From contig OZ244999.1 in NCBI GenBank assembly GCA_965223265.1, forward strand, positions 32,001 to 96,000: a stretch of DNA of 64,000 nt, written 5' to 3'. This DNA is from Planctomycetota bacterium. Its GTDB lineage: Bacteria; Planctomycetota; UBA8108; SXIK01. Position 1 is the first letter of the stretch; each line of letters begins with the position of its first letter. Below the pieces are notes generated by a model. It made no database searches, was not told where the DNA came from, and was given only the letters and a program-made list of their open reading frames with translations. Below are positions 53,373 to 63,064 of the stretch, piece by piece. The translations under genes were made by a program, and so were the position numbers.

Positions 53373-54328
53373 GACCGCGGCACCTCGACGGACTCGAGGA
53401 TCTGGCCGATGACTTGGTCGGCCGTCACGCCTTCGATCTCGGTCTCTGGCCGCAGTGTCAATCGGTGTCGTAAAACGAGTGGGCAAATCTCCTTGACGTC
53501 ATCGGGGGTGACAAAGTCGCGCCCGTGGCATCCGGCGAGCGTCCGGGAGGCCAAGAACAGATTGATACTGCCGCGCGGGCTCGCTCCGACCGAGACCGAG
53601 TGCCACTCTCGAGTTTTCGCCACGATTCTCGTGATGTAGTCGACCACGCTCGGCTCGACGATCACCTTGGAAACAGCTGTTTGAATCTCTCCAATCTCCT
53701 CCTTGCGAAGTACGGGCTCGACCCCGAACGTCTGGATGTCGCGCGAGTCTTTGCCGGCCCCTAGTCGCGCGAGGATTTCCGCTTCTTCTTCGGGGCTCGG
53801 ATAGTCCATGAGCAGCTTAAACATGAAGCGATCCACCTGCGCCTCTGGCAAGGGATAGGTGCCTTCGTGCTCAAGAGGGTTTTGCGTGCCGATGACAAGA
53901 AATGGAAGGTCGAGTCGGTGAACCGTGCCGTCGATCGTGACTTGCCGTTCCTGCATTGCTTCGAGGAGCGCAGACTGCGTCTTCGGCGGTGAGCGATTGA
54001 TCTCGTCAGCGAGAAGAAGATTGGTGAAGATCGGTCCAGCGTTGAAGTGGAATCGATTCTCGCTCAGGTCGTAGACATTGTGCCCGGTCAGATCTGAAGG
54101 CATGAGGTCGGGCGTGAACTGCGCTCTTTTGAATTCGCACGACACGATGCGGGACAGAGTGTTGACGAGCAAGGTTTTCGCCAGGCCTGGAGCACCCTCG
54201 ATCAATACACTCCCTTCGGAGAAGAGTGCAACCAGGGCGGCCTCGGCGACTTCGGCTTGGCCGACAATGACTTTGCCGATTTGTTCGAATGATGCCTCGA
54301 AGAGCCGCGCTACGCGCTCGAGCTCCAT
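53369..54328 (-). CDS. moxR: MoxR family AAA+ ATPase
   Basis: EGAPGLAKT, QFTPDLMPSD, LLADEINRSPPKTQSALLEAMQERQVT, TQNPLEHEGTYPLPEAQVDRF, GASPRG. Confidence 0.96.
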   Translation of the reverse strand: MELERVARLFEASFEQIGKVIVGQAEVAEAALVALFSEGSVLIEGAPGLAKTLLVNTLSRIVSCEFKRAQFTPDLMPSDLTGHNVYDLSENRFHFNAGPIFTNLLLADEINRSPPKTQSALLEAMQERQVTIDGTVHRLDLPFLVIGTQNPLEHEGTYPLPEAQVDRFMFKLLMDYPSPEEEAEILARLGAGKDSRDIQTFGVEPVLRKEEIGEIQTAVSKVIVEPSVVDYITRIVAKTREWHSVSVGASPRGSINLFLASRTLAGCHGRDFVTPDDVKEICPLVLRHRLTLRPETEIEGVTADQVIGQILESVEVPRS

Positions 54329-54468
54329 GCGGTGCTCCTTTCCGGGGTCAATAGCGGTGGCAATCCCAACGCCTGCAAAAAGTGGCGAGTCGAAAGCGGT
54401 TCCTGCTGTCGGTTCTTTGCAAGGGTTGGGACAAGTCTTTTCGACCGGGCAACCGGCCTGGAACGGAT

Positions 54469-55650
54469 CTACAGTTTGTCGCGGATCTTCGCGATCGAGC
54501 GAATCAGTCGAGTGGCTTCCGAAGAAGAAATTCGATGAGAAGCCAGTGCTTCGGCTACGTCAGAAAAAAGCTTCTGTACGACTTTGAATTCGACTTGCGA
54601 ACGATTAGAGAGGCAGGTGTGAAAACTTGAGTCGGTAAGCAGCGTACGTAGTTCACCGCGTGTGCGGCTCCAAAGTCCGAGCTCCGCGACCTGCTGGCGG
54701 AAGAACTCGACGAAAGACTCTAACGCATCGAGATTTGCCCCACGTCGTAGGTGCAGATGTCCGAGAGCGACTGCATGCTCTCGAACGCTGCGGCGTTGGA
54801 GATGCGGGCTCTGCTGCGGGGCACCGAACGATCGGCTTGCAGACCAGAGGAGAAGGACCACGATCAACAATATCTGCAGCGTAGTCCTGCGGATCGCCGG
54901 ATCGAACAGGACGGTAATGCCGCGTGGCACCCCGCTTGCGTTGAGTGACTCGTCAAACAGAATCCACGCATCTTCAAGGACTAGTGAGTTCAGAATCTGC
55001 GTCGCGAGGACTCCTGCTTTCTGTTCACGGTCGGCCAACGCTCGGTTGGTGAAGACTTGGTCCGATGCCGCAACCACGATCGAGCCGAATCCGATGCGTT
55101 CGCGAATCACCTGTGGTTCTCCGTCGACTGACATGAGGACCTCCGCTTCGGTGCGAAGATCATCGAACTCGGCGACGACCTCCCACTCATAGTCGACATC
55201 GAAGATTCCTGCGACATCCGGTTGGCGCGCGTCTCCCTCTGCCTGGGGAGTTCTGGTGTCGTCGCTGTCGCCGCGCCGGGAGGTCGTCAACTCGATTCCG
55301 AATCGTGGTATCTCGACCGCTGGAGTGATTCTAGAAACTGCAAACAGGAGCTGTCCGCCGCTTTCGACCCATTCGTAGAGTTCATTCCATTCGCCCCGGT
55401 CTGGATACCGCGCCGGCCCCAGAATGAGCACCACGTCCGCATAGAGCGCCTGACGGAGCGGTTCGCTGTTTCTGTCTGTGTACCTATGAAGACGCTCGGT
55501 CAACTCATAGAACGCACTCTTGCCACTTCCGGAGTGACTGAACGAGTCGCTCGACGTGCCCGAGAGATTTGGCAGCCACCAGATCCCGAGACCTATCAGC
55601 AGCGCGCAGCCGGCGATCCAGGGTAGCTCTTGACGATTCGCTTTGATCAC
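54469..55650 (-). CDS. DUF4350 domain membrane protein
   Basis: N-terminal TM, SFSHSGSGKSAFYEL, EWVESGGQLL, VFTNRAL, ILFDES, second TM then SRSFGAP...REHAVALGHL; MoxR operon context. Confidence 0.8.
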   Translation of the reverse strand: MIKANRQELPWIAGCALLIGLGIWWLPNLSGTSSDSFSHSGSGKSAFYELTERLHRYTDRNSEPLRQALYADVVLILGPARYPDRGEWNELYEWVESGGQLLFAVSRITPAVEIPRFGIELTTSRRGDSDDTRTPQAEGDARQPDVAGIFDVDYEWEVVAEFDDLRTEAEVLMSVDGEPQVIRERIGFGSIVVAASDQVFTNRALADREQKAGVLATQILNSLVLEDAWILFDESLNASGVPRGITVLFDPAIRRTTLQILLIVVLLLWSASRSFGAPQQSPHLQRRSVREHAVALGHLHLRRGANLDALESFVEFFRQQVAELGLWSRTRGELRTLLTDSSFHTCLSNRSQVEFKVVQKLFSDVAEALASHRISSSEATRLIRSIAKIRDKL

Positions 55651-55656
55651 GACACT

Positions 55657-56523
55657 TCAGCTGCTCGATGAATGGCCTGTGGACGACGCTGGAGGCGCGC
55701 CAGTGCTTGGGTCCGCGGTCGGCTCGTCGGGAGCTGCTGCGATCCCGCGTTCGTATTCCAAGAGGCATTCCTCATACAGGCGCTCTGTGGCCGCTCTGCG
55801 TCCGAAATAGAGTTCGTCAAAGCGTCGCACTATCGTTGAGAAGCTGCGGAGGAGGTCGCCGTGCCGTCGTGCAGCGCGTACGTAGTCTCGGTTTGTCAAA
55901 CCGCGACGGTAGCGGATCCACTGACGGCGCTCGAGAGTGCTCATTCCCGCCAGCAAGAGCTCGCGGGTCGCATCGCGGTAGTTGCCGGCGCTTGCGAACT
56001 CGGCCGCTCGTGAGGCGTAGTGATCGGGGGATTGTTCACCTGGTGGAACGATGACATCGAGCGCCGCAAGGCCGCCTTGAGTCGCTACTTCGAGTATTGG
56101 ACGACTTAGAGAGCCAGAGTGTCTCGCGATGTATTTCGCGACCACGTAGATCAGCAGAAGAAGCACTGAGAAGGCGGCCACGAACGCTAGAACGCGAAGA
56201 ATCTGTGGCAGCACCGCGAATCCAGAGACGGAGCCCGATGAAGAGCCTGATGAAGAGCTCGAACCATCAAAGAAGTCCCACAACCAGTCGTAAAAAGACT
56301 GTAACCACGACGATTCGCTTTCGCGCTTGCCTTCCTCCGCCTCAATCTCTTTCTGCCTGAGGTGGCGATATACCTCGCTCGCCAGAATGTCCTCGAGCGT
56401 CGACTCGATCTCAGCGACCGTCGCTTCGTGGAAATCGCTGGCAGGGGCCGAGCCACAACAGGTGGCTGCCATGACCATGGCGACCAATCGCCGTTTGATT
56501 GAGGTTGATCTACTTGCCCTCAT
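55657..56523 (-). CDS. DUF4129 domain membrane protein
   Basis: AAEFASAGNYRDATRELL...GLTNRDYVR...FDELYFGRR; central TM. Confidence 0.85.
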   Translation of the reverse strand: MRASRSTSIKRRLVAMVMAATCCGSAPASDFHEATVAEIESTLEDILASEVYRHLRQKEIEAEEGKRESESSWLQSFYDWLWDFFDGSSSSSGSSSGSVSGFAVLPQILRVLAFVAAFSVLLLLIYVVAKYIARHSGSLSRPILEVATQGGLAALDVIVPPGEQSPDHYASRAAEFASAGNYRDATRELLLAGMSTLERRQWIRYRRGLTNRDYVRAARRHGDLLRSFSTIVRRFDELYFGRRAATERLYEECLLEYERGIAAAPDEPTADPSTGAPPASSTGHSSSS

Positions 56524-56559
56524 GGAAAATCACAGGTGTCGCTTGGGCCCGTTGTGCAC

Positions 56560-57411
56560 TCACGTCGATGTTTTCAGGCGCTCGGCTTCCGCCTTGAGCG
56601 CCAGTTCTGCATCCCAGCCTTCGGTTTGAATTCTCTGCTCGAGGTAGACGAAAAAAAGCGGTAGGCGTAGCAGAGGGTACAGGAATCCTCCAGTGGCAAA
56701 AAACGACACGACGAATCGTGCGTCGCTCACCACGAACTTCCAAGACTGTGGGTCGTCGGGTGTGAGCCGTCCCGTCAGCAAAGGAAACGAGAACAACAGA
56801 CCCGATAGAATGTCGATCGAAAGGAACACGATCCACCAAGACGTCAGATAGAACAGCCCAACATTGAACCGGTTCTGGCCAGTTGAGGCTACGTTACTGC
56901 GCAAAAACCTGACACGCTTCTTGAAGCGGTCCCCTCTTAGACCCTCGAGAAGTACGACTTCGCCCACACCGTCAACGTGGCCGGAGGCAAGAAGTAGGAG
57001 AGGCACGTAGAGAGACACTAAGACGGGCGAAGTGGCGTAGAGTGCAGCGCCGAGCAGGGTCAACAGCAAACGTGGCAATGTGAGCGAGAGAAAAAGCGGT
57101 CCAATGTTTTGTGTGACGACGCGGAGAGCGTTCGCGGTCGTGATGTCGTCGCCGAAAGCCCGCGGGCCGACCATCGCCACCAAGGCCGCGCCGAGAAGTG
57201 GGGCGTAGAGGTAGAAGATGACTCCGCTCGCGAGTAATCCATGGTCGGAGAAGCGGCAAACGCAGTATTGGATGGCTCCAGTGGTCGCGACGAAAGCTGC
57301 ACACACGCCCGCTATGCGGAGAAAGTCAGTTTGGTACGTGCGGACGCCGAGATCGATGCTTTCGCCGATCGTCCGTCGTTCGATTGGAATCGTAACGCTG
57401 TCGAGCTTCAT
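56560..57411 (-). CDS. Conserved polytopic membrane protein of the MoxR/DUF58/SpoIIM module
   Basis: MKLDSVTIPIERRTIGESIDLG...EVVLLEGL...YLEQRIQTEGWDAEL; ATG 57411 overlaps the upstream stop (ATGA). Confidence 0.8.
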   Translation of the reverse strand: MKLDSVTIPIERRTIGESIDLGVRTYQTDFLRIAGVCAAFVATTGAIQYCVCRFSDHGLLASGVIFYLYAPLLGAALVAMVGPRAFGDDITTANALRVVTQNIGPLFLSLTLPRLLLTLLGAALYATSPVLVSLYVPLLLLASGHVDGVGEVVLLEGLRGDRFKKRVRFLRSNVASTGQNRFNVGLFYLTSWWIVFLSIDILSGLLFSFPLLTGRLTPDDPQSWKFVVSDARFVVSFFATGGFLYPLLRLPLFFVYLEQRIQTEGWDAELALKAEAERLKTST

Positions 57412-59279
57412 GGGCGGGCTCTGCCGGAGAGTGCTAGGTAAGCGACGACGACGAGCCAGAGTAGCGCGCCAACAGCATACTTGATCGTGTTGTTGTATTC
57501 GCCGCCGATTGCTGTCGGCGACCAAAAGCCTTCGATGATCGCGGCTACTGCCAACATCACTCCAGCGCCTGCAGCGAGGCGCACAGCGTCTCGACCCCGA
57601 GCTTTGAGCGCATCGATCCTGGTGCGTGGCTGCGGCCGGACGACGGCACTTCCGAGGATTAGCCCCGCGGCGCCGGCAACAACGATTGCGGTCAACTCGA
57701 ACGCACCGTGGCCGATCACAAAGGGGAGGAATCTCGGTCCGTGTCCGTAGCCGATCACAAAGGATGTGATGGTGCCCAAAACGATACTGTTATAGATCAA
57801 GAAGAAGACGGTCCCGACACCGAAAAGAACGCCGGTAGCGAAACACCTAAAGGCTATCCCCACGTTGTTGTAAACGTAAAATCCAGCCATCGCTGCTTCG
57901 GCGCCGCCCTCATGATCATCCCACGAGTCCTCCGAGTACATCTCTTCCATCATCACCAAATGGTGCGCCGGTAGTACGCGTCCTGCGATCGTCGGTTCGT
58001 TCCAGACGGCGAGGCCAGCGATGACTCCGGGGATCGTGAAGAGTGCAAACGACATCCAGAAGAATCGAGCGTTGGTGCGGAGTAACGTTGGAAAGCCAAA
58101 CGCAAGAAAATGGAGGACGTCACGTAAGCGCCCCGGTGGGGCGCGGTAGAACTGGTTGTGCCCGCGGCGGGCAAGGTTGTTGAGCCGCTCCTCCAACCCC
58201 GATCCCCACTCTCGTGAGCGTACTGTGGCAAGGTCATAGCTCACCGCACGCAGCAAACGTGAAAATGCGGCGAGTTCCTCACCGCTAAGTCGCGCGCGGC
58301 GTCCACGCTCGATACGATGCAAAAGCGTGTCGAATTCCTGCCAGGCGTCGCGGCGCGTGCGGAGGAATCGATCCCTTGCAGCAGAGCTCGAAGGCGCGTC
58401 GACCGCGTTGGACGTTGTCGTTAACGGAACCTCTGAACTCCTCGCATTCGCCTCTGCCTGAGCTTTTGATCCGACGTATGATTTATAGATCCTGGCGAGA
58501 AACACGCCCGGCTTGTCGTTTTCGCTAAGCGGGATCATGAATCGAGAGGCGAGGGGCGCAGCGAGGACGCCGGCGATCTCATCGGCGCGCCGCGGGTGAA
58601 GGTTTGGCGCGCGAACGAGAAATTTTTCGATGGTCAAGATTGTCCGTTCGGGAATCGGCGGTCCGGAGCGAATGACTTCAGGCGGAAGCGGCTCGGCGGC
58701 GTCATACTGCTTCCATCTTGGGCCTGGTCGCGGTGTTGGCGTTTCGCGCACTACAATGGTGCCTGCGACGATGTCCCCAAGGCGCTGAAAGCGCCCCGAG
58801 CAGAGCACCGATACGAGCCCGACGCCGTATCCAAACGGCAACACATCGGCGGCGCGCAGTAGATTCCTCAACATAGAGTCGTAGAAACCCACCGGGTATC
58901 CTTCGACCTTGATCACGCGCAGTCGCATCAAGTGTTTGCCAGGAGTTTTGCCGTGCCAAAACGCCTCGAACCACCACGCATAGCACCATTCGAAACAGAA
59001 CAGCAGAAGCAGCATAGAGGCGCCGGCGAACGACTCATCCCCCATCTTCACGAATAATGAAATGACGACGAGTGCGACCAACGTCACAGCGGCCCGAACG
59101 AGGAGGTCGATCACGTAGGCTCCCATTCGACTGCCCGCTCCCGCGAGTCGAAAGGAGAGCCAGATATCTTCTGGGGTCTCCGCGCGCACCAGCGTATCGA
59201 CGTAGGCCGGCAGCGCGGAGTCGGACTTTGCTGCCTTTGTTCCTACGGCTCTTTCTGCCTCAGCGGATGGTGCGTGCAA
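57408..59279 (-). CDS. RDD domain fused to a SpoIIM (DUF95) family membrane domain
   Basis: ETPE...LAGAGSRMGAYVID...GKTPGK...RNLLRAAD...QRLGDIVAGT (RDD); then AGFYVYNNVGIAFRCFATG...GHGAFELTAIVVAGAAG...AAIIEGFWSP (SpoIIM). Exact start uncertain. Confidence 0.9.
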   Translation of the reverse strand: MHAPSAEAERAVGTKAAKSDSALPAYVDTLVRAETPEDIWLSFRLAGAGSRMGAYVIDLLVRAAVTLVALVVISLFVKMGDESFAGASMLLLLFCFEWCYAWWFEAFWHGKTPGKHLMRLRVIKVEGYPVGFYDSMLRNLLRAADVLPFGYGVGLVSVLCSGRFQRLGDIVAGTIVVRETPTPRPGPRWKQYDAAEPLPPEVIRSGPPIPERTILTIEKFLVRAPNLHPRRADEIAGVLAAPLASRFMIPLSENDKPGVFLARIYKSYVGSKAQAEANARSSEVPLTTTSNAVDAPSSSAARDRFLRTRRDAWQEFDTLLHRIERGRRARLSGEELAAFSRLLRAVSYDLATVRSREWGSGLEERLNNLARRGHNQFYRAPPGRLRDVLHFLAFGFPTLLRTNARFFWMSFALFTIPGVIAGLAVWNEPTIAGRVLPAHHLVMMEEMYSEDSWDDHEGGAEAAMAGFYVYNNVGIAFRCFATGVLFGVGTVFFLIYNSIVLGTITSFVIGYGHGPRFLPFVIGHGAFELTAIVVAGAAGLILGSAVVRPQPRTRIDALKARGRDAVRLAAGAGVMLAVAAIIEGFWSPTAIGGEYNNTIKYAVGALLWLVVVAYLALSGRARP

Positions 59280-60035
59280 CAGACACCCCAGTCGGTCAGT
59301 CTCACACGGCGACGGGCGACGAGCACCGGTCGATCAAGCCCGACCCGTGCGACGATCCCGGCGCCTGCAAAAAAAAGCGTGCAAGAAGGACGAAGAACGC
59401 GTTTCGACACGCAGCAGTACGTGGAGAGTTCCTCACCGTAAGTGAGCATTGCCGACGTAGCTCAAACGTTGAGAATGGCGTGTCGTTCGCCGAGCCGGAG
59501 GCGTTTCTTGCCGTCATCTTGTTGCAGGCGTTGGGGGGATGACTCCAATGCCTGGAACGAGTGGCAACAGGCAAAGTCCCGCCTGCCATTCGTTCGTCGG
59601 CGTTGGCATGAGAATGCCGCAGGTTTCCACAGTTCGTTGAAAGAATGGCTCCAGTAGTCCTCACCAACTCTTCGCACGAACAACGACGTACTCTACTGAT
59701 TCGGCGGCGGGGATGCAAACTGCCGGTCGCGCCCACGGTCCTCTGGCAGGGCTCGGTCAGCGCCGCGGCATTGAAGCTGGTCCGATCGTGGAGTTAAATA
59801 GAATGAGTGGATCCGTTGCCTTGCAAACACCGTACTGTCTGAACTGTGACGCGACGAAAGAGCTCGTGAACCGTTTCCGAGCGTGAGGTATAGGTTCTGC
59901 GAGTTCACCGGTCGACCTCGACGGGATCGGCGCCTCGCGCGTGAACGAGCAGGTGGCCGAACCGGCCTGACCCTCCCGAACAGGATCCAGCGGACGCGAA
60001 CAACGACCAAGCATGCTTTCGCCGAAAGTGAGTCC

Positions 60036-63000
60036 GTGAAAAATTTGAACCGACTCTTCGTAGCGCTCTCGATGGTTTTAGCGATCCTTGCCGATTCCGG
60101 CGTCGAAGGGTCGCCGGAAGTGTTCTTCGAAAAGACCATCGCGCCTCTCTTAAGTCGCCACTGCGTCGAATGCCACAGCGAGTCGACGAGCAAGGGGCGT
60201 TTGGCGCTCGATAGCGTTGAGGGGCTTACGACCGGCGGCCGGCGCGGTCCAGTCATCGTTGCGGGCGATCCCGAGGCAAGTCGACTCTACCGGGTTCTCG
60301 TCGACACCAAGCCACGGATGCCGAAGAACGCCCCGCCTCTCGAAGCATCTGACGTCGACAGCATTCGTCGGTGGATCGTCGATGGTGCCGTGTGGCCGGA
60401 GGGAGTGCAGCTCGAGCCCGAGGAAGTTGACCTCACGGATTGGTGGTCGCTACGACCACTCTTGCGACCATCGATTCCGCACGCGAGCGCAGCCGTTGGC
60501 AAGACGACGCGCAACCATCCCATCGACGCTTTCCTAGAGGCGAAGCGGCACGAGCTGGGATTGACGGCTTCGCCGCGCGCCGATCGTCGGACGCTTCTCC
60601 GCAGGCTCTACTTCGATCTGATCGGGCTGCCTCCGTCACCAGCGGACGTGCGGAGATTTCTCGACGACACAGATGAAGGCGCGTACGAGCGGCTCGTCGA
60701 TCGACTGTTGAGCTCACCACGTTACGGTGAGCGCTGGGCGCGTCACTGGTTGGACGTGGCGCATTACGCCGATACGCATGGCTACGATAAGGACAAGCCT
60801 CGACCCAACGCTTGGCCTTATCGCGATTACGTCGTGCGTGCTTTCAACGAGGACAAGTCGTACGGCCGTTTCATTCGTGAGCAGCTCGCCGGGGACGAGC
60901 TCTATCCGGGCACACTCGACGGTGTGGTTGCGCTTGGTTTCGTCGCCGCCGGACCGTGGGATTTCATCGGCCACGCCGAGGTGCCGGAGACAAAGTTGGA
61001 CGGGCGCGTCGCACGGAACCTTGACCGCGACGATATGGTGACGACGGCGATGAACGTGTTTCAGAGTACCACCGTGCAGTGTGCTCGCTGCCACGATCAC
61101 AAGTTCGATCCGGTGACGCAGCAGGAGTACTACAGTTTGCAGGCGGTGTTCGCGGCGGTAGATCGCGCCGATCGTCCTTACGACACGGATCCAGCGATCC
61201 TGGCTCGGCGCCAGCAGCTGCAGCGCGAAAGAACGCGGTGGATCGGCTGGCTGCATGAGTTTGACGTTACCGTTCGCGAGCGAGCGGGCGCGCGACACGC
61301 CGAGCTGGACGAGGCCTTGCGCCAGGCTCGCAATGACATCCGGTCGCGACGCGGTGCCCGCGGTTTCCACAGCGAGATCTCGACGGAGCAGGATAGCGTC
61401 AAGTGGGTTCAGGTCGATCTCGGCGCGGCGTATGTGATCGAGCGTGTTGAATACGTCGCCTGCGACGATGATTTCAACGACATCGGTGCCGGATTTGGCT
61501 TTCCGCTGCGTTATCGCATCGAACTTTCAAGCGATCCGGCTTTCGAGTCGTCCGTCACGATCGTAGATGCCACCACGGCCGACGTCCCGAATCCCGGAGT
61601 CGACGTGCAGATGGCTGCTGTGGCGGCTGGCACGAAAGCGAGGTACGTGCGCGTGACCGCGACAAAGTTGACGGCGCGTCAAGATGGTGAGTACGTTTTC
61701 GCCCTCGCTGAATTGGTCGTCACCGGACGTGACGGCAGTAACCTCGCAAACGGTGCGGAAGTGGCCGCATCGGATGCGATCAGCGTGGAGAAGCGGTGGC
61801 GGAAGGAATACCTCGTCGACGCTTCATACCCTGGCCTGAACTCGGAGAAAGCGCCGTCAAAGCGGCGCCATCGATTGCAATCGGAACTGAACGCGTTGCG
61901 TGCCGAGATTGCCGGGGAAAGTCTCGCCGCCGATGAGCGGCGCGTGGCGGACCGGCTAGCTCAAATCGAAGCTGAGCTCAGCTCACTGCCCGAGCCGCAG
62001 CTGGTCTACGCGGCGACGATTCATCACGGCCGCGGCAGTTTTCGAGGCCGAGGACCGTTCGGTGGCGCGCCACGCGAGATCCGGGTCCTCTATCGAGGCG
62101 ACCTCCGGACGCCGGGTCCGGAGGCGATTCCGGCCGCGCCCCGCTTTTTCGACGAGCCTTCCGGGCGCTTCGAGCTAGACTCCGCGCATGGCGAGAGCGA
62201 GCGGCGGGCGGCGCTGGCGGAGTGGCTTGCGGATCATCGCAACCCTCTGACCTGGCGCTCGATCGTCAACCGCGTTTGGCATTATCACATGGGGCGCGGC
62301 CTCGTCGATTCGCCGAACGATTTCGGCCGTATGGGGCAGCGCCCGAGTCATCCCGAACTTCTCGACTGGTTGGCGGTAGAGTTTCGCGACGGCGGGCAAT
62401 CATTCAAGCGCCTGCATCGCTTGATCGTGACCAGTGAAGCGTATCAGCAGTCCTCCGCTGCCGACGAGTCGAAGACGCGCATTGACGGTGGAAACGTCTA
62501 CCTGTGGCGCATGAATCGGCGGCGCCTTGAGGCGGAAGCGACGCGCGACTCGGTGCTTGCTGTCAGCGGGCAGCTCAATCGGCTCATGTACGGTCCGGGA
62601 TTTCGGTGCTTTGTTCTCGAAAAGCCCGAGCACTCACCGCACTACGAGTACCATAAACACAACCCTGCCGACGAGCAGACGCACCGGCGTTCGATCTACA
62701 GATTTATCGTGCGCTCGCAGCCTGATCCATTCATGCAGTCGCTCGATTGCGTCGATTCGTCCCAGAGTGTTGCGAAGCGCAACGAGACGTTGACGGCTCT
62801 TCAGTCGCTTGCTCTGCTGAACAACAAGTTCATGCTTGCGATGGCAGCCGAATTCGCCGCACGTCTGCGGGCCGCCTCCGACGTCCCCGAAGAGCAGTTG
62901 CGGGCGGGTTATCGCCTGGCGCTGGCGCGCGAACCGACGCCAGAGGAACTGCGGGACCTCGTGGAATACGCGTCGGTCCATGGACTGGAGAATGCGTGCA

Positions 63001-63041
63001 GGGTATTATTCAATCTGAACGAGTTTGTCTTCGCGGACTGA
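60036..63041 (+). CDS. Planctomycete cytochrome c / DUF1549 / DUF1553 (PSCyt/PSD1) protein with an inserted discoidin (F5/8 type C)-like domain
   Basis: CVECH and CARCH heme motifs, YGERWARHWLDVAHYADT, AWPYRDYV, NPLTWRSIVNRVWHYHMG, HPELLDWLA, FNLNEFVFAD; insert WVQVDLG...ARYVRVTA. Likely GTG start 60036 (ORF track 59883). Confidence 0.92.
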   Translation: MKNLNRLFVALSMVLAILADSGVEGSPEVFFEKTIAPLLSRHCVECHSESTSKGRLALDSVEGLTTGGRRGPVIVAGDPEASRLYRVLVDTKPRMPKNAPPLEASDVDSIRRWIVDGAVWPEGVQLEPEEVDLTDWWSLRPLLRPSIPHASAAVGKTTRNHPIDAFLEAKRHELGLTASPRADRRTLLRRLYFDLIGLPPSPADVRRFLDDTDEGAYERLVDRLLSSPRYGERWARHWLDVAHYADTHGYDKDKPRPNAWPYRDYVVRAFNEDKSYGRFIREQLAGDELYPGTLDGVVALGFVAAGPWDFIGHAEVPETKLDGRVARNLDRDDMVTTAMNVFQSTTVQCARCHDHKFDPVTQQEYYSLQAVFAAVDRADRPYDTDPAILARRQQLQRERTRWIGWLHEFDVTVRERAGARHAELDEALRQARNDIRSRRGARGFHSEISTEQDSVKWVQVDLGAAYVIERVEYVACDDDFNDIGAGFGFPLRYRIELSSDPAFESSVTIVDATTADVPNPGVDVQMAAVAAGTKARYVRVTATKLTARQDGEYVFALAELVVTGRDGSNLANGAEVAASDAISVEKRWRKEYLVDASYPGLNSEKAPSKRRHRLQSELNALRAEIAGESLAADERRVADRLAQIEAELSSLPEPQLVYAATIHHGRGSFRGRGPFGGAPREIRVLYRGDLRTPGPEAIPAAPRFFDEPSGRFELDSAHGESERRAALAEWLADHRNPLTWRSIVNRVWHYHMGRGLVDSPNDFGRMGQRPSHPELLDWLAVEFRDGGQSFKRLHRLIVTSEAYQQSSAADESKTRIDGGNVYLWRMNRRRLEAEATRDSVLAVSGQLNRLMYGPGFRCFVLEKPEHSPHYEYHKHNPADEQTHRRSIYRFIVRSQPDPFMQSLDCVDSSQSVAKRNETLTALQSLALLNNKFMLAMAAEFAARLRAASDVPEEQLRAGYRLALAREPTPEELRDLVEYASVHGLENACRVLFNLNEFVFAD

Positions 63042-63064
63042 TCAGCGAACGGCTGCATTGATTC

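Noticed and set aside
56231-56260. 12-bp repeat in the DUF4129 gene
   Set aside because: Encodes a Ser/Gly linker; ordinary.
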